The position numbers were made by a program, and so were the translations under genes. 64,000 nt of DNA from Tubiluchus corallicola. Lineage: Eukaryota > Animalia > Priapulida. The stretch is taken from NCBI GenBank assembly GCA_030141605.1, contig JAQGDQ010000017.1, positions 868,001 through 932,000 of the forward strand. Direction: 5' to 3'. The notes under the pieces were generated by a model. That model searched no databases. It was not told the origin of the DNA and saw nothing but the letters and a program-made list of their open reading frames with translations. Positions 12,857 through 64,000 of this stretch are shown here, in pieces (within the stretch, counting starts at the first letter, position 1; every line of letters starts with the position of its first letter).

Positions 12857-13612
12857 GATATCACAAAAATTGTTTTTCTGATCCTATTAGGTCTCAAAAC
12901 GGTGTGCACAGACCTATTATTTGCATAAACCTGTTCTTAATTAGCCTATTTATCTGTTTTTAAGAAAAGTATAGTAAAGCCAGCAATTTTTGGTATTTTA
13001 CAAACACAATGGCAATTAATCTAACATTTTGGAATTCCTTGGAATTTTTAGTCTAAACATTTTTTTGTAAAATGCTGACATAAATTTTTTTATAAACATA
13101 TTTATTTTCAATTACCTTTTATATACAGAACAAAACTGATTAACATACTTTAAGAATTAGTAAGTACTCTATTATAAAGTTGAGACATTTATGATTAGAT
13201 ATAGATACCTATGTTTTAATACTGACAGTACATCAAATGCAAAATGTTAAATTAACGTTTACTGAATCGGCTTGAAGCTTTTATAAATCCGTGCATTAAA
13301 TCCTATATAGTTTTATTTTGGTCTAGGTCGAAAGTGAGCTATCGTGTAATAAAGTGTTGATTTTAGTTTCGATTTTTAATTCACTAATATTAACTGGGAG
13401 AAAATTTGGATTTTACAGGTTAAATAAACTTCGCTCGAGCGGCCCCTTGCTCCCGACATAAATTTCGTCTGAAACACCTGGTCCATTTCTGTTATTCGAC
13501 TCCACTGTAGTAACGTAAACTCGTTTGCTGTTTTACTTTTAGAAGAATTGGTCCTCATGACCCGCCAGTCAACATTATATACTTTTCTTGATGTTGTGAG
13601 GATAAAGCAATA

Positions 13613-62031
<48,419 letters not shown>

Positions 62032-62206
62032 GTAGGAAAAATCCTCCATTAAGAATTTATTCTTAGCAGAGTTTAAATTAAAATTAGCAAAGAATAACTG
62101 ATTCATATTTTTTGTTATCACTTGAATTAATCACTCCTGTGAGGGATTTATCCTTAAATAACTTGATATTTGTTTTTTATGAAATACTAAGCAGATATGA
62201 AATAAC

Positions 62207-63183
62207 CAATGGATGGTTTTTATCCAAATACATACATTTTGGCGCCCACTATGGGAGCCCTCATCAATGTTATTAATGCAAAGTATAATATAGAACTTTG
62301 GAATTTAAAAATCAAAATTAGATTTTAGAATCACAATGACAATTAGAAGAAAACAATGCAAAACAGTTTATTATACACAGACTGGCAGTTTGTTATTCCA
62401 CAGATGATCTTAGATCTAGTAAATTTGAACAATAGTCAATTGTATACAGAATTTATTGCAATGATTGTCACTCATGTTCCATTGGAAGGACTAGTCGTAT
62501 ACTTGATGCTCTACTAAAAGAGAAAGAAGCCTCTAAACATGCATTAGTTGTGGGATACTGGGCTTACCATAGACACTAAAAATTCACTGTTTATAAAGGA
62601 GGCTGTTTACTTAAAGAGGCACAGCAGTTACTTTTTTAAACAGTCAGAGGGACCTAGAATGTTTTCATAATGTTAATAAGCATTTCTACAGTTACAGCGA
62701 TTAATGATGATCGTGAGAAGGTCAGAGGTTAAGTGTACCAGATAATGCATTTGTGTACACTTGACAACGCCTCACAGCCCAAGCTGTTGTAATAGTAACA
62801 GTTTTAACAGCTAGCTTTTAGAACATTTCTTAGTTCGTTTTTCTTATCCTAAGCAAGATCCTGCTAGTAAATCACTTTATGCACAGACTAATGTATAATT
62901 AAGTAAAGTCTACGTAAAACAACCGAAGTTGCTGAACTGATGTGGCAGACAGCTTTGCTTTACCCACACGTCATGTGACGGTTGTAGTTAAGACATGTTG
63001 CTGTAGTACACTTAACCTTTGACCTGCAACAGCTGTGTGTGTGCACAACAAAACTGTTGCCGTGATTATAAAGTTTGAAATCTAAATTTTAAAGTTCTAA
63101 GTTACAACTAGCATTAATTGCATTAACGAGGGCTCCCGTAATGGCTGGCAAAATATTTGTATTTTAATAAAAATCCGTCACTG
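62207..63183. mobile_element. Non-autonomous DNA transposon-like element with ~125-bp diverged terminal inverted repeats
   Basis: 62207-62334 (caatg..tttttat..aaataca..gggagccctc..attaatgc..tagaacttt..aatcac) is the reverse complement of 63062-63183; ends CA(A/G)TG; no clear TSD; contains the repeat copy at 62680-63058. Confidence 0.75.
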
Positions 63184-64000
63184 ACCACTCATGTCTGCTT
63201 TGCATCTGTTTTAGATTATTTGTGTTTTTCTTTAACACATTAGATAACGCAAGTTGAAGCACTGAAACACTTAAACGCCTTTTTCTTCAAATTTCGTGTC
63301 TGGAAAGTAAGCTGAGAAGTGCCATTAACAAAGTTGCAGTGTTACAAAGTGCCGAAGAGATTAATTCTCAAATCTATCTAAAGAGTTCCTGTTTTTGTAA
63401 TGAGTCAGTGGTGTTTATCGTGAGACCACCCACTACATAAGTAGCTTACGTCTTTGTGCAGGTTATAATAACATATTAAATGCATTTGCACTACTTCTAA
63501 AATGATTTTGATACCTCAGCATAGGTGAAAATAATTATCCGCTTAAGTTTAGTTAAGCCGTTATTTTCTGTCATTGCATTTTAGGTTGGGAAACGCTTGT
63601 CAAAAATACCCTTTCTTAATTTAATGAATACCTCAGTACATTATAGTTCAGGGTTGATAACTTTAGTGTGGCAACAAGAAACGTAAATGCAAATAAGATT
63701 TTCTATAATTTAATCAAATTCTGCTGGTGAAGAAGTCACTACATTGGCTCATATAAATGAAAAGCTACAGTCCTTATTATGTGGGATGACAGATTTAGTT
63801 TAACATTGTATTCATGACTGTTGATCTAAATTTTAAAACTTTACATGCTTCTATTTTTATGGCAAGTAGGAACTTTCTCTGCCATTAGAACTACAACACA
63901 TTATTAAAGCACTTGAGAACACTCTTAAAAAATAAAGTTTAAAAATTTGTCTCGAAATTTTATATCACTTACTGTCTGTCTTATTGTACATAAAGCTTGC

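Noticed and set aside
9650-12963. Plus-strand ORFs overlapping the retrotransposon
   Set aside because: Antisense shadows of gag-pol with no recognisable motifs.
63181-64000. Search for the next Artemis exon (expected CFS.HSS..E motif)
   Set aside because: No matching frame found; it probably lies beyond the window.

Overview
AT-rich eukaryotic (invertebrate animal-like) genomic DNA with spliceosomal introns; not prokaryotic, and no CRISPR, rRNA or bona fide tRNA genes were seen. Contents: (1) the 5' ~909 codons of TRAPPC11 on the minus strand, in one uninterrupted exon running off the left edge (missing from the ORF track); (2) a complete Ty3/Gypsy Mag-type LTR retrotransposon (7952-12856, minus) with identical 100-bp LTRs, a GATAT target-site duplication, tRNA-Leu PBS and PPT, whose single gag-pol frame has three in-frame stops; (3) nine coding exons of an Artemis (DCLRE1C) gene on the plus strand (13613-62031, continuing past the right edge), assembled by hand from splice sites; (4) an intronless Frizzled-4 gene (31031-32842) nested on the SAME strand inside the 36-kb fifth intron of Artemis; (5) LINE, SINE and MITE remnants, fold-back structures and microsatellites, including complementary (CT)n and (GA)n tracts bracketing a frame-symmetric catalytic Artemis exon. 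Gene identities come from recognised motifs and recalled homolog sequences, not database searches.
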